Assembly: GCF_006345805.1 (NCBI RefSeq)
Contig: NC_043005.1
Span: forward strand, 8,804,001 to 8,868,000
DNA: 64,000 nt
Source of the DNA: Octopus sinensis
Taxonomy: Eukaryota
Reading direction: 5' to 3'
Under the pieces are notes generated by a model. The model ran no database searches. It was not told the origin of the DNA and saw only the letters and a program-made list of their open reading frames with translations. Numbering within the stretch: position 1 is the first letter of the stretch; every line of letters begins with the position of its first letter. Positions 48,734 to 64,000 of the stretch are shown here, in pieces. The translations under genes and the position numbers were made by a program.

Positions 48734-50814
48734 CACATATATATATAAATTCTGCAGCTTATTAAAGCTGCAAGACAATATTCACAGATTATGTCAAGTA
48801 GCGCGGATATTTGTATATGTTAGTAAAAATCATAAAAATGTGGATGCGTGTTTGTAACTAGACGCATATCACCAGAAAATATGACTCTTACGCGTATTGG
48901 GTATTTATGCGTGCATGTTCAAGGGACCCTGGATGTCCATATCTGCCCGCTCCCGCATATGTTAGTATGCTTGTATGCAAGTGCGTGTGATTGCTCTTGC
49001 TTAAACATCTTGTGTTCGGGTGAGTTTTAGCTAAATTATTCCTTTTAGTTTATACTAAGTTTCTATTTTACTGTCCGTGTCCCGGCATGTACTTATGCAC
49101 GTGATTTATCAAATGTCCGTGCGTCGTGAATCTGGCATTATGGTTTTCACCCATGTGAGTTTAGTAGGATAGCAGGTATCTATATCATTAGCTGTTATTA
49201 TTTGCTCACGTGTATGTGTCGGTATAGCTGTAAAAGAATGAAAAAACATACATAAAATGCACTGGTTTTCTTTGAAAGGGTGATATAGATCGATAAATCA
49301 ATCTGACGACCGATACATTCATAGACAGACAGATAGGTAAATACGCAGATAAGTAGAGAGGAAAATGTGTATAGAAAAGATAAACATGTAAGAAGTTAAG
49401 GATATATCGAGAGAAGGCAAAGAAAAAGAAAAAAGAATGGAAATGTGAAATCATATCCTTTGCTACTTGTTACATCTGTCAACTCTTATTGCAGTTTCCA
49501 TACAACTTCTTCGTATTTCTCATCTCACTCTAACCTCCTCCTCACCTTTAACTTCCGTTTCTACCTTCCATAGTTCGGTTTCTGTCTCCCATGTCTTTAT
49601 CTCCGTCGCAGAAAATCAGTGCAAACAAAAAGTTAAGCCATTTGATTGCTGTCTGCTGTCCACAGATGTATTTGCTTGCTCTGGAAGCGGTCTGAATCGT
49701 TGCCATTGACAGAAATGTTGTTGCTCTATGACTGCTGCTGACTCAGCGGTGATTTCTACGCGTTATACGGCAACAGAGTTATTAAGTAAGAGCTCTTGTC
49801 TTTCGGATTTAGTGTATCTGTGTACGTGAGAATATGTCTGATGTTGCGTGTATGACGTTGTGTAATGTTACGCGTGTGTGTTTGAATCTGTGCGATGAAG
49901 AGTATGAGTGGAACTGTGTATCTATGCAATAGTGTGCGTATGAATGTGTGTGAAGATGTGAGATTGCGTAGGTGTGTATTTGTGCGTATGTCTTTGTCTG
50001 TGTCTGTGTTTGTTGCTTTTTGTGATGGAGTCTGCGCGTCATATGTTTAATGGTGTACGTGCGTACGAGCGTGTAAGAGTGTATAAAGTAGAGAGTTTGA
50101 GTATATATGCGTGAAAATATCTGAGGGATGGTGCGTTTGTAATGATATATGAGTACGTATGTTTGTTTGAACGTTCGATTGTGCAACTTATTGTCTGTCA
50201 GTGTGTTTGTGCTGCCTTAAGTAGCTTTGTTTATATGTATGAGGGAATATATGTGTGTTAGTACGAATGAATGTATGTGTGTGTGCTTGTCCTTTTATAT
50301 GCTTATATATATATGTGTGTATTGTATTGAAAAACATGTATCCTAGAAACCCTGAAGTACTTGTATTATCAACCGCAAATCTGTAGCGTGATGTCAGTAT
50401 TTCCATAAACATTAATACATTATATTATAATAGAGTGATAAAAGAAGAGTCTAAGTAGACTGGTGGTGGTAGTGGTGGTGGTGGTGGTGGTGTGCTCGAG
50501 GTTGGCCCAAGCAATGAGGTTGGGCCCGAACAAGAGTATGGTAACAGGCACTAATGCCGGAGCAGGAAGTAATGTGGACAGAATTAAAAGCAAAATGGAT
50601 TCCATCATCTTATTGTATTTAATCTTTTGTACTTCAGCAAAGCTCGTGTGACACGTGCAAACCATAATGCATAACATGAAAGCAAAAAATGCACAAAGAA
50701 GACGACGATAATGAAGAAGGAAACGAACGAGAATAAGAAAAGGGGAACGAAGAAGGAAAAATGTGAAGAGTCGAAACAAGAGAATGATGAGGAAATCAAT
50801 GACAACGAGGTCGG

Positions 50815-50893
<79 letters not shown>

Positions 50894-50931
50894 AATGATG
50901 GTGATGATGATGATGAGGATGATGGTAGTGC

Positions 50932-50987
<56 letters not shown>

Positions 50988-50994
50988 GTAGTGC

Positions 50995-51035
<41 letters not shown>

Positions 51036-51120
51036 GTAGTGCTGATGATGATGATGATGATGATGATGATAATGATGATGATGATGATGATGGTGGCGAT
51101 TATTATTATTATTATTATTA
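50815..51120. repeat. (GAT)n microsatellite with three GGTAGTGCT interruptions
   Basis: Direct sequence. Confidence 0.95.
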
Positions 51121-52847
51121 TGACAACTTCGACGTCGATAATCAAGTAACTTTTTTACAGAATTTTGTAACCTCCGAAGAAATCAATTGAAACAAATTAA
51201 TCCGAAAAACTAAAAATAATTATCGATTAAATTGACGCCAGCACATTACAAATGTATATAAGAAATACGTTGAAAAAAATTAAACTCTGATGACCTTGGA
51301 ACTAAACTTTTAAAAGCATCCTGTTTCATATTCTATTTAGTGTTCCATCTAGATGAAGGCCGATACAAGTGAAGAGATGGCGAATAAAGTGATCTGCAAA
51401 GGCCGAAGGCTGATAAACACTAACCACCACCTCCACTACCACTGGGAGATTTGCCACCTTCTCCCAGGGCGGAGGCATTTTCTCTTTTGCTTTCAGCTTA
51501 AAGCTGGGAGAAGCATGCGGACTCGAGGAACATATTCATCTTCTCAGGGGAGGTAGTGGTAACATCAATCCGACCAGTCAAGGTGATCGTACTCACAGTA
51601 TTTTAGGAGAAAAGACTCGATACTTTCCACTACGTAAATAAAAATCGAAATTTAAGACTTAGTCGACGAGGCCCTTATCAAGGATTAGCGTGAGGTCTCA
51701 TTCCCATTCGAAGTCGGACGGCAGCAGAAACTATCTCAAACCGGCTATGGTTGATAAAAGGTCATAAGTGTATCTCTTCTGCGGGTGAAGTATAACTCAG
51801 TAATCGCTTTTCCACTCACATAAAGCGTACAGGCTAAGGGGCGAAACGCTTGTGACCCTGAAATACCTACTGATGACAAGGAAGTGTTTCCAGCAATGCA
51901 ATGGACTTCGAAGAGCTTGCAAAACCTCTGAGTAGCTCCTGCACTTTATGCGTGGGGAAAACCATCTCTATTTAGTTCCCCCATCTGATCAAGAGTAGGA
52001 GGTTCATTTTCTCCGTAAACTATTTCAACGCCTGGTCAAAATATACAAATGTTGGTATAATATAAGCCGATGCAATGGAGTCCAGTAGTTTTACTGGTAC
52101 TCATTCTATTCACTATCAAAAGAATAAAAAGCCAATTCAAGCCCGGGATATTTTGACACAAGGCAGCGCATTTTGTTTAACGCTCGAGGGATTTTGTCAG
52201 TTACGGCTTTCATCTTACAAATCAATAATGTTAAAATAGCTTAATGTATTTGCACTGGATTTTCCTCTTTAAACAGATAGCGTTTCAAACACTCCAGTGC
52301 GTATCGTTGCCACACGATAAAAGGGATCTTCCAAACATCAGACATTTTGTCGCAGTCGCTTTAAAGAAATCGTCCGAAAACGCATCATATTGTAAAAATT
52401 GGAAATGCTTCAAGCAGATTTTTGTATCCCATATCATATTGTAATTTTTACTTAAAACAATGATAGAGTAAGGGCGCAAGCATCAATATGTGTGTGTGTA
52501 TTTGTGTGTTGTTTCTGTCCGTTACTGTTTATCATATTTTATTTTATATTTATTTATTTTATTTATTTATTTTTTCTCATCTTCCCTTAAGCCATTGCTT
52601 ATTTCTCCCTTCATTTATATATCTCTCACATACTGTGGCCTCCACACATTCTGAACGAATCTTTGCGTCAAAATGCACATCCTGGCCACAATGTAGCCTT
52701 TAATCTAATCAACATATCCTTGGCCTCACTTGGATTGTACCAATTCTGAGGTTCCATTCGCCATTAAACATATGTAGCCTGGGTTCCCCAAACTCCATAC
52801 CCTGACTCTTGTATATACATATACATACATATATATATATAATATAT

Positions 52848-52948
<101 letters not shown>

Positions 52949-53030
52949 TATATATATATCTTACAACATGTGATCTCTTGAGCACCACCAGCAAAAGTAT
53001 TTTTTCCTCTGTGTTTTCTTGTTTGGATTA

Positions 53031-53081
<51 letters not shown>

Positions 53082-53770
53082 CGTACATAAGCATCTATAT
53101 ACATGAGTGTGTGTTGAGTCCCGTGCGTGCTTATAGATAGCGCTATCAGTAGTTTTAATAACACTGCACTGAATGGGACCATCTGATAGCAATTTTCATC
53201 TGCCTGCTTATATAGATATTTTTACCATTTGCTGATGATGCAGTTGAATATGCGTGTTGGATTTAAGTAATTCTTGTCAACTTTTAGCCACATTCAAAGA
53301 TGTATAAGTTCAAATATACAAGAAAAGTATGAGAATGCTTCGATTCCTACTCTATGTTACATATCTACAGAAGTACCGCTTATTAAACGAAATATTTACA
53401 GTATATATAGCTTGAATGAAGTATCAGAATACACATATCAATTGAGTAATTTCAGAGGCGCGGAAGCTGTCTAGAATGATTGGAAGACAAAGTTGTTCTA
53501 ATGTATTTTAAAGATAACCTGGTCTGTCAGTTAGAATACATGCGATATGACAGGATATGAATCATATTAGGCATTCCATTGTTGTGCAGATTTAACATAT
53601 TATTTGAGATTTCGTACACATATTTAAGGTGACTCATGAATTAGCTGGATAAATGCAGCTGTCGACATGCCAATTTTTGTGCATTTATAATACATACAAC
53701 ATATATATATATATATATATAGATATTTGCCTCATATATATATATATATATATATATAAATATTTGCCTC

Positions 53771-53806
<36 letters not shown>

Positions 53807-53826
53807 GTATATATGCATATATAGAC

Positions 53827-53893
<67 letters not shown>

Positions 53894-53996
53894 AAGAAAA
53901 ATAAAATTTTCAAATAAAGGTAGAAATTGATATCAATCAATCAAAACCAGTAGCTTAGCATATTTTAAAAAATCCGAAGATTAGACATTGTCTTAC

Positions 53997-54301
53997 ATAC
54001 AAAATTAAGAGGACTGACCCACTAAAGTGGACACCTAATATGCTAAGCATAGACGTCAAATCGCCATTACCACGAAGAATGTGATCTCAAGAAAAATCTC
54101 AGCAAAAAGCCAAAATGTAAAAATGAACAAGACAAATGAAAGTATACGAAATATTTTCATTTTCCATTTGTCTTCCTCAGTTTTTCAATTTGGCTTTCTG
54201 CTGAGATTTTTTCTTGAGAACATATTCTTCGAGGTAATGGCGATTTGACGTCTATGTTTAGCATATTAGGTGTCCACTTTAGTGGTCATTCCTCTTAATG
54301 T

Positions 54302-54306
<5 letters not shown>
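53997..54306. mobile_element. MITE-like imperfect palindrome (~310 bp)
   Basis: ATACAAAATTAAGAGGACTGACCCACTAAAGTGGACACCTAATATGC... mirrored by ...GCATATTAGGTGTCCACTTTAGTGGTCATTCCTCTTAATGTTGTAT; TA at both ends. Confidence 0.8.
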
Positions 54307-54341
<35 letters not shown>

Positions 54342-55322
54342 GGTAGATAGATAGATAGTTTCTGTATTGGCCACACAGGGCTGCACACAGATGGGACAAG
54401 TAACAAGGTAGAGCTTTTGGGGGATGAAAAAAAAAGATGGCGTAGGTTTTCGATCAAAAGGCATCGTAAAAGGGAAAAAAGTACAAAAAAAAGGAAAAGG
54501 ACGGAAAAAAAAAGAAAAAGGGAAAAGGAACAAAAGAAAAGAAAAATGAAAAAGGAAGAAAAAAGAGGAAAAAAGGGGAAGAGGAAAAAAACGATCAATA
54601 GGGATCGTGTATCACAGTGTCATGATGTATGGTGTAAAGGGGAAAGCAAGTAAGGTTTATCCGTGGGAAGAAAAGCCTACGAAAAAGACCACGGTAACCT
54701 TGGTCAGATAGATAGATAGATAGATATAAATGATTGACTCCTAAATTCATAAAGCCTAAAAACCAAGCAGAAACAGGTTGAGATAAATAATACAGGGCGG
54801 TGTTGTGTCGTATTACCTTCTCTTTCAGTATTTCAATTTCAGAAAAACTTTAGCATTCTGAGCTGACTTCTGTTTTCTGCAATTAGTTAACAGCATATCC
54901 CTAAATATTTCCTCAAGAAGAGGTCATACTCCTGATATATTGTAATCCGAGGTGAAAATGCGCACTATGGACAAGTATCATTTCTCTTAAACTTAACTTT
55001 TATTGTTTTCGCTTTGTAAAGCAAATAGTGGTACTAAAAAGATACAAACACAGATATGTATATATTCATATACATACACACACATACATATATATATATA
55101 TATACATAGCTGTATGCATACTTATATATGTATATGTCTGTTATGTATGCATGTGTAAATGTATCTGTGTATATATATATATTTATTTATTTACATACAT
55201 ACACACGCATATATATGTGTGTGTGTACTTATGTGTGTATGCGTAAAAAATTAATGTGTGGGTGCTTTACATAATATTTTCAGGATTAAATAAAAAGAAA
55301 AACAATCGGAAAATATGACATA

Positions 55323-55380
<58 letters not shown>

Positions 55381-55420
55381 ATATAGATACCTGTATATAT
55401 ATATATACATATATAGATAC

Positions 55421-55478
<58 letters not shown>

Positions 55479-56057
55479 TTACATTATATATATATATGTA
55501 CACATATATATCGATATATATTATATAACTATGCCAATAATAAACACAGGCACACGTTCAAATTCGCTTATATATTACTGTCTAATTAATCATTCGTTTA
55601 ATCAAGGAATTGATTAGTTATTTGATTAAATAGCTAACCAATGGAGGTAGAGGAGAGTATGGAAACCACCCACTAAGTGCTTTTATCTTACGAAATAAAA
55701 GAAATCCCTTTCAAAACATAAGAGCGAATCCAGAATATTGCAATTCAATTACTAAAACCACACACACACACACACGGACACATACACATATGTATGAATA
55801 CGTTATGTCTATTAAAAGTGGTTATATTATACAGGATGTTCAGGCTAAATTCTACTAAATTGTGCTTCCTTTTTTCAAGAACATCTTCATGTATTGCAGA
55901 ACCGTTGGCAGAATTGGAGACCAGAAAGATCAAATCTGTTGTTCAGAAAATGTTAGCTGACATCAAGGACTGGAAGCCATGCTGAGTCATGTGAGGTGTC
56001 ATAAATGCTGCTGTTCAAAGCTATGTGAAAACTGTAAACGTTTTAGGGTGTGGCAAG

Positions 56058-56226
56058 GGCATCACGAAATGTAAATTGCCCCTGAATGCAATGGTCTTCG
56101 TGTTTGTCTCCATTGAGGGTGACGTCATGCCACCCTACATCTTTGAACAGATCATTAGTGGCTATTTGAATCTGCTGGAGACTAATTAAATTCTGGCTTT
56201 AGAGGGTTACTAGTGGAAGACCATAT
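56058..56226 (+). mobile_element. maT/DD37D-type Tc1-mariner transposase relic
   Basis: TKCKLPLNAMVFVFVSIEGDVMPPYIFEQ...KFWL*RVTSGRPY matches the K.P..VMVFG.VSSEGDVMPPH.F...KPW...GRPY pattern. Confidence 0.65.
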
Positions 56227-56229
56227 ATA

Positions 56230-56308
<79 letters not shown>

Positions 56309-56344
56309 ATATATACATATATATACATATATATAAGAAGAGTG

Positions 56345-56526
56345 TATAACGGGGAGGGTTATAAAAACCCTTACATGCCTAGAAATAGCAGTCGAAACCC
56401 CAATAAAGACGAACCATTTATTTTTATTTAAATTTTTTATTAATTAAAATTAAATGGTTAGTCTTTATAGCGGTTGTAACTGCTATTTCTAGGAATGTAA
56501 TGGTGTTTATAATCCTCTCCGTTATA
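56345..56526. mobile_element. MITE-like imperfect palindrome (~180 bp)
   Basis: TATAACGGGGAGGGTTATAAA..CCTAGAAATAGCAG.. mirrored by ..CTGCTATTTCTAGG..TTTATAATCCTCTCCGTTATA. Confidence 0.7.
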
Positions 56527-56675
56527 ACTGTGATTTACTGAGAATTATACTCTCTTCTTTTAGGAAAAAAATTTTGATTGCATGTAATGGCTACAGATAT
56601 ATTCGTAAATAATTTTGAATTGTTTACGATTTATCCTACGTAACGTATGTTTACATTCATACCTCTTATATATAT

Positions 56676-57059
56676 TCTCTCTTTTATTTGTTTCAGTCAT
56701 TTGACTGCGGCCATGCTGGAGCACCACCTTTAATCGAGCAACTCGACCCCGGGACTTATTCTTTGTAAGCCCAGTACTTATTCTATCGGTTTCTTTTTTG
56801 CCGAACCGCTAAGAGACGGGGATGTAAACACAACAGCATCGGTTGTCAAGCAATGCTAGGGGGACAAACACAGACACACAAACACACACACACATATATA
56901 TATATACATATATACGACAGGCTTCTTTCAGTTTCCGTCTACCAAAACCACTCACAAGGCATTGGTCGGCCCGGGGCTATAGCAGAAGACACTTGCCCAG
57001 ATGCTACGCAGTGGGACTGAACTCGGAACCATGTGGTTGGTTAGCAAGCTACTTACCAC

Positions 57060-57062
<3 letters not shown>
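56676..57062 (-). mobile_element. SINE family A
   Basis: Reverse-complement copy, head slightly clipped. Confidence 0.88.
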
Positions 57063-57131
<69 letters not shown>

Positions 57132-59274
57132 GCACCCCGGGAAAATGGTTTGTGTCATTTCATCAGTCTATCGGTTCCGATTTCAAATTCGTCGAGGATG
57201 ACTTTGTCTTCCTCCCTTTCCTTTAGGTATTGAGAAAATAGTTACCAGCTGAAGAAAGGGTCGTTGTAATCCGCTTAATCCCTTGCGCGAGCTCGCTGGC
57301 ATTGTGGCAAAATTCGAGATCAATCTATATACATACACATATACGATATATCTTATATGGATGCAATATATGTGTGTTTGTGCTTCAGCTTCAAAGCTGC
57401 AGTCATAGTGAGGCACCGCCGTTTAAAAAGAGCTTTTCAGTTCTTTTCCATAATTTACATATTTTAAACGAACAATTAGTTAGCTCAGCTTTTTAGCACT
57501 GTTTCACGTGTAAACTTCCTCTCTATTTACAAAATCTCCGTAAAAGTATGTTATAGAAATAGCATTCAATTTCTATTTTTCTTTTTCTTTTTGTGGGTGG
57601 GGATAAAAAATCGTTAATCCTTTACTGGCCGAATATTGCATGACATTTATTCTTTGATATTTTCCTTTTAGTTTCCCTTAGACCTTGTTTCTTTTTTCCA
57701 TGAGTCATCTGTCAGGTTAAAATGATGTCTATGTGTAATTGAATAGTTCTAGCAGCTTTTAGAAGTATCGTATATACCATAAGATATAATGAATCAATAC
57801 ATTGGGGTTATATATTTTCACGGAATTTTGCCGGACGAAGAAGGCCAAAATGGGAATAGGATAGCGTTAGCCAGGAGGGTAAAATTTGAAGAATATTTTA
57901 ATGACACTCTTTCTGCTTAAATCACAAAAGAGACTAACATTCATACAATTTTACACAGACATAGTCACAAAGTTATACTCACACACTCACACACGTTCAC
58001 ACACACACATACACACACTTCTCAAGCATGCATAAATGCATACAGCGAATGTATTTATATGCATAAACACAGCTCTATAACTGATGATACGAAAGCATTA
58101 ATCAGCTGAGCAAAATTCGAGGAACATTTTGATGAGATTACCGCTCGTGCTATTATATCCCTATATAAGAAGTCGTGCATTCATACAAAATTTCACATAA
58201 TACACACATGCACACACAAACACACACACAAACATGCCATATGTTTGTATAAATTCATACATATAATTTTATTAGATTATGGACGAAAAATAGCTGGTGT
58301 AAACAATACTGAATTACATGTGTGATTAATTATTTTATTTTGAGAATTTCACTGTGACGTTCTTTTTTTCTACTTCTGCTTTGCTGTATGTTACTTCGAC
58401 TGCCAGTGCCAACATATAACGATATTCTGCAATCGTAAAAAAACACGCACAAATAATTTTCATGTCTTTACAATATAACTTCCGTGAGGAGTTGATAAAA
58501 GACATACTTTTCCAATCAACATTCGTATAGTTTTCACATAAATTAATATCCTGTACTTAATGATATTCATACAATCAGCTCCGTTAAAATGTCACTGCGA
58601 AAGTATAAATATCAGAACAAACATTAAAAAAGAGAGTCTGTAACAGACGATCATGTTTTCTCACATTAGCCTAATTTTTGAGCTACATTTTGTCAAAGAT
58701 TTGTCTTAGAACAGTAATTTAAGTCGCAAAGATTTAAAGATAAATTTACACTCACGGTGTTGCCAGTTAACGGCAAAGATAATTATATTAAGAAGTTAAA
58801 TATATTTAAGTGACAACCTCAATGCGGTAGAGATTTTTCTTGCTTGAAAGAAAACAGATTAACGCTTCCAGGAAGAAGAGTTTCTGCAACGCTTGTGCTG
58901 AATGAATATTTGCTGTAAATTAATCGGAGAACTGGGTTTAACTCGCAGTTTGACATATTTGAATCAAATTACACTGACTTTGGAAAATGACCTTGGGGGG
59001 GGGGGGAATAAACAAACATATCATAGCTTATGATTTACATCCTTTCACAATTAATGAGAATGTTGGCAGATGAAATCCCTATCAAAATTACTATCATATT
59101 CATTGAAACCTTTCACCTCCACTATCAACACAGTAACTTAAAGCAAGCGTTTAATCTACAATAGTAAACTTGTGAGATTTTTTATGATATTACCGCTGTA
59201 ATTTTTGCAAATTATTATCATTATTATTATTGTTGTTGTTGTTGTTGTTGTTGTTTTTATCATCATCATCATCA

Positions 59275-59327
<53 letters not shown>

Positions 59328-59331
59328 TATG

Positions 59332-62092
<2,761 letters not shown>

Positions 62093-62094
62093 TT

Positions 62095-62420
62095 TTGAAT
62101 GCAGAGTTCAAAATGTTGGCCAAAATGTTAGCCACGTGTTTGGCGTCTGTCGTCGGAGATCTGGTAGGGAGGCACTGACATGTGCCATCCCGAAAAGATC
62201 CAGCCATGACATTCCGCCCCTCTTGCGATGCATCATTAAGAAAATGGCCAAAGAATCTGGCACGGGCGGGGCCTGGAACAATTTTAACGGAGCTGCAGTA
62301 AAACAGAGACCGAGGGGAAGCATTTGGAAAGTGAAGTGTCTTCAAGCGCTCAGACAATCGGACAGTGCCATAGGTGGAACGTCCACTTTAACATGTTATG
62401 GAGGATTAGCAGAGGCACGC
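62095..62420 (+). mobile_element. Tx1/L1-clade LINE reverse transcriptase relic
   Basis: LNAEFKMLAKMLA..LASVVGDLVG / EALTCAIPKRSSHDI..LRCII, matching LLN.DYKILAK.LA.RL..V...L....Q.C..PGR.I.DN; frameshifted. Confidence 0.7.
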
Positions 62421-63194
62421 GGCTTTGCCCAGGAATGAAATTGCTTCTTATAATATTGCTTTGTCTTGAATCTTTGAAAGATTTTCTTTTTCCTTTTTTC
62501 ACACTTGGCTCCTGCGGATTGCATTTATTTTGTTGGCGTAATTGTCCTGACTGTTTCCCGCTGCCTTTTCTGACACATTGGCGCTGCGTGCAGCAGCTCT
62601 CCTTCGGTCGTTTTCATGTCTTTACTGTCGTTGTGCAGGGGTCTCTAGTGACCATACTTTGGCTACCTGTACTCTTATCTTTGCTTCATTGTAGAATACT
62701 GATCATCTACGTCTACCCCATCTCCTTTTGTAGAGAGTGACAACATTTTTCTCGGAAACTTTCTTGAAAATTAAAATGGGGATTAAATGAAACAAATGAG
62801 TGACAGTCACGTGAATATCTTCGCGAGAGTGATTGAAATAAATAGCGATTTTGAAACGCCACACGCATACACATATATACGCGCACACACATATACGCAC
62901 ACAAAGAACCATATGCATACAGTATCAAACATCAGCGTCTCTTTCTCACCCACTTCCCGCCATTTGTTCCGGCTTTCTTTCACCTTCACGTATAGAACAG
63001 ACATAGCATATCTAACATCAGCGTCTCTCTCATTCCCGCTATCTCTCTCTCTTTCCACTTCACTTGTAGAAGTTTGTTTCTCTCTCTCTTTCTTTCTCTC
63101 TTCTCTCTAACTTTTTCTCATTCTGTGTTTCTCTCGCTCACACATATTCTCTCTCACCGTCTGTAATAGTTCTTCATTCTTAGACTATATCTGT

Positions 63195-63228
<34 letters not shown>

Positions 63229-63450
63229 ATAAGTCACACGCACACTATTTTTATTTCTCCCTCTGTCAAACAACGTTGTGACGAATGAAGAGATGGAGGA
63301 GGAGAAGTAAAGAGCCACCTCCCCACTTTGCTTCTCCCTTTTATTATTTCTCCTCTCACACCCTCATTGGTATTATGCAAAGACATTCAAATACACAGAC
63401 ATCTGCTAATATATATATATGTGTGTATGAGTGTGTATGTGTGTGTATGT

Positions 63451-63838
<388 letters not shown>

Positions 63839-63848
63839 TAGATTAGTG

Positions 63849-64000
63849 GGGGAAAAGTACAACGACGTTCTTGGTGAAATCTTGGGCGTCGGAGAAGATC
63901 AGCTAGTCACTCTTTTTCCGGCGAAAACTTTCAAGCCGGGACCGATGGGTGATTTCCAAAAATCTCTGACCTGGCAATGCTACCGCGAAGCTTTGCCTGT
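63849..64000 (+). mobile_element. Probable Tx1/L1 ORF2 C-terminal fragment running off the window end
   Basis: Open frame GEKYNDVLGEILGVGEDQLVTLFPAKTFKPGPMGDFQKSLTWQCYREALP; the W....ALP motif precedes the zinc knuckle in Tx1-like ORF2; same strand as 62095-62420. Confidence 0.45.

Overview
AT-rich, microsatellite-dense animal genomic DNA. The repeat repertoire (tRNA-headed SINEs, (TA)n/(TAA)n/(TAGA)n tracts, R4/Dong LINEs) looks like an Octopus/coleoid cephalopod genome; this is an inference from pattern recognition, not a database result. I recognise no host protein-coding gene, rRNA or true tRNA gene, and most ORFs in the track are microsatellite or SINE read-throughs. The window is a retroelement mosaic. 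It holds 5'-truncated R4/Dong RLE-type LINEs of at least three families stacked in (TAA)n tracts, relics of CR1-, Tx1/L1-, HERO- and possibly Penelope-type elements, decayed mariner and maT transposases, non-autonomous Helitrons, MITE-like palindromes and four or five SINE families, several with clear TSDs. The most interesting signal is a set of type I hammerhead ribozyme (HHR) motifs in unrelated repeats. (i) A 1175-bp near-perfect palindrome (20618-21792) carries one HHR per strand near its outer ends. (ii) A 362-bp circularly permuted, retrozyme-like unit (44498-44944) carries a compensatory U3-A8 core HHR, and a second copy spans the assembly gap at 38427-38526. (iii) Further minimal, dimer-type HHR motifs lie at 18775-18825 and 30586-30623.
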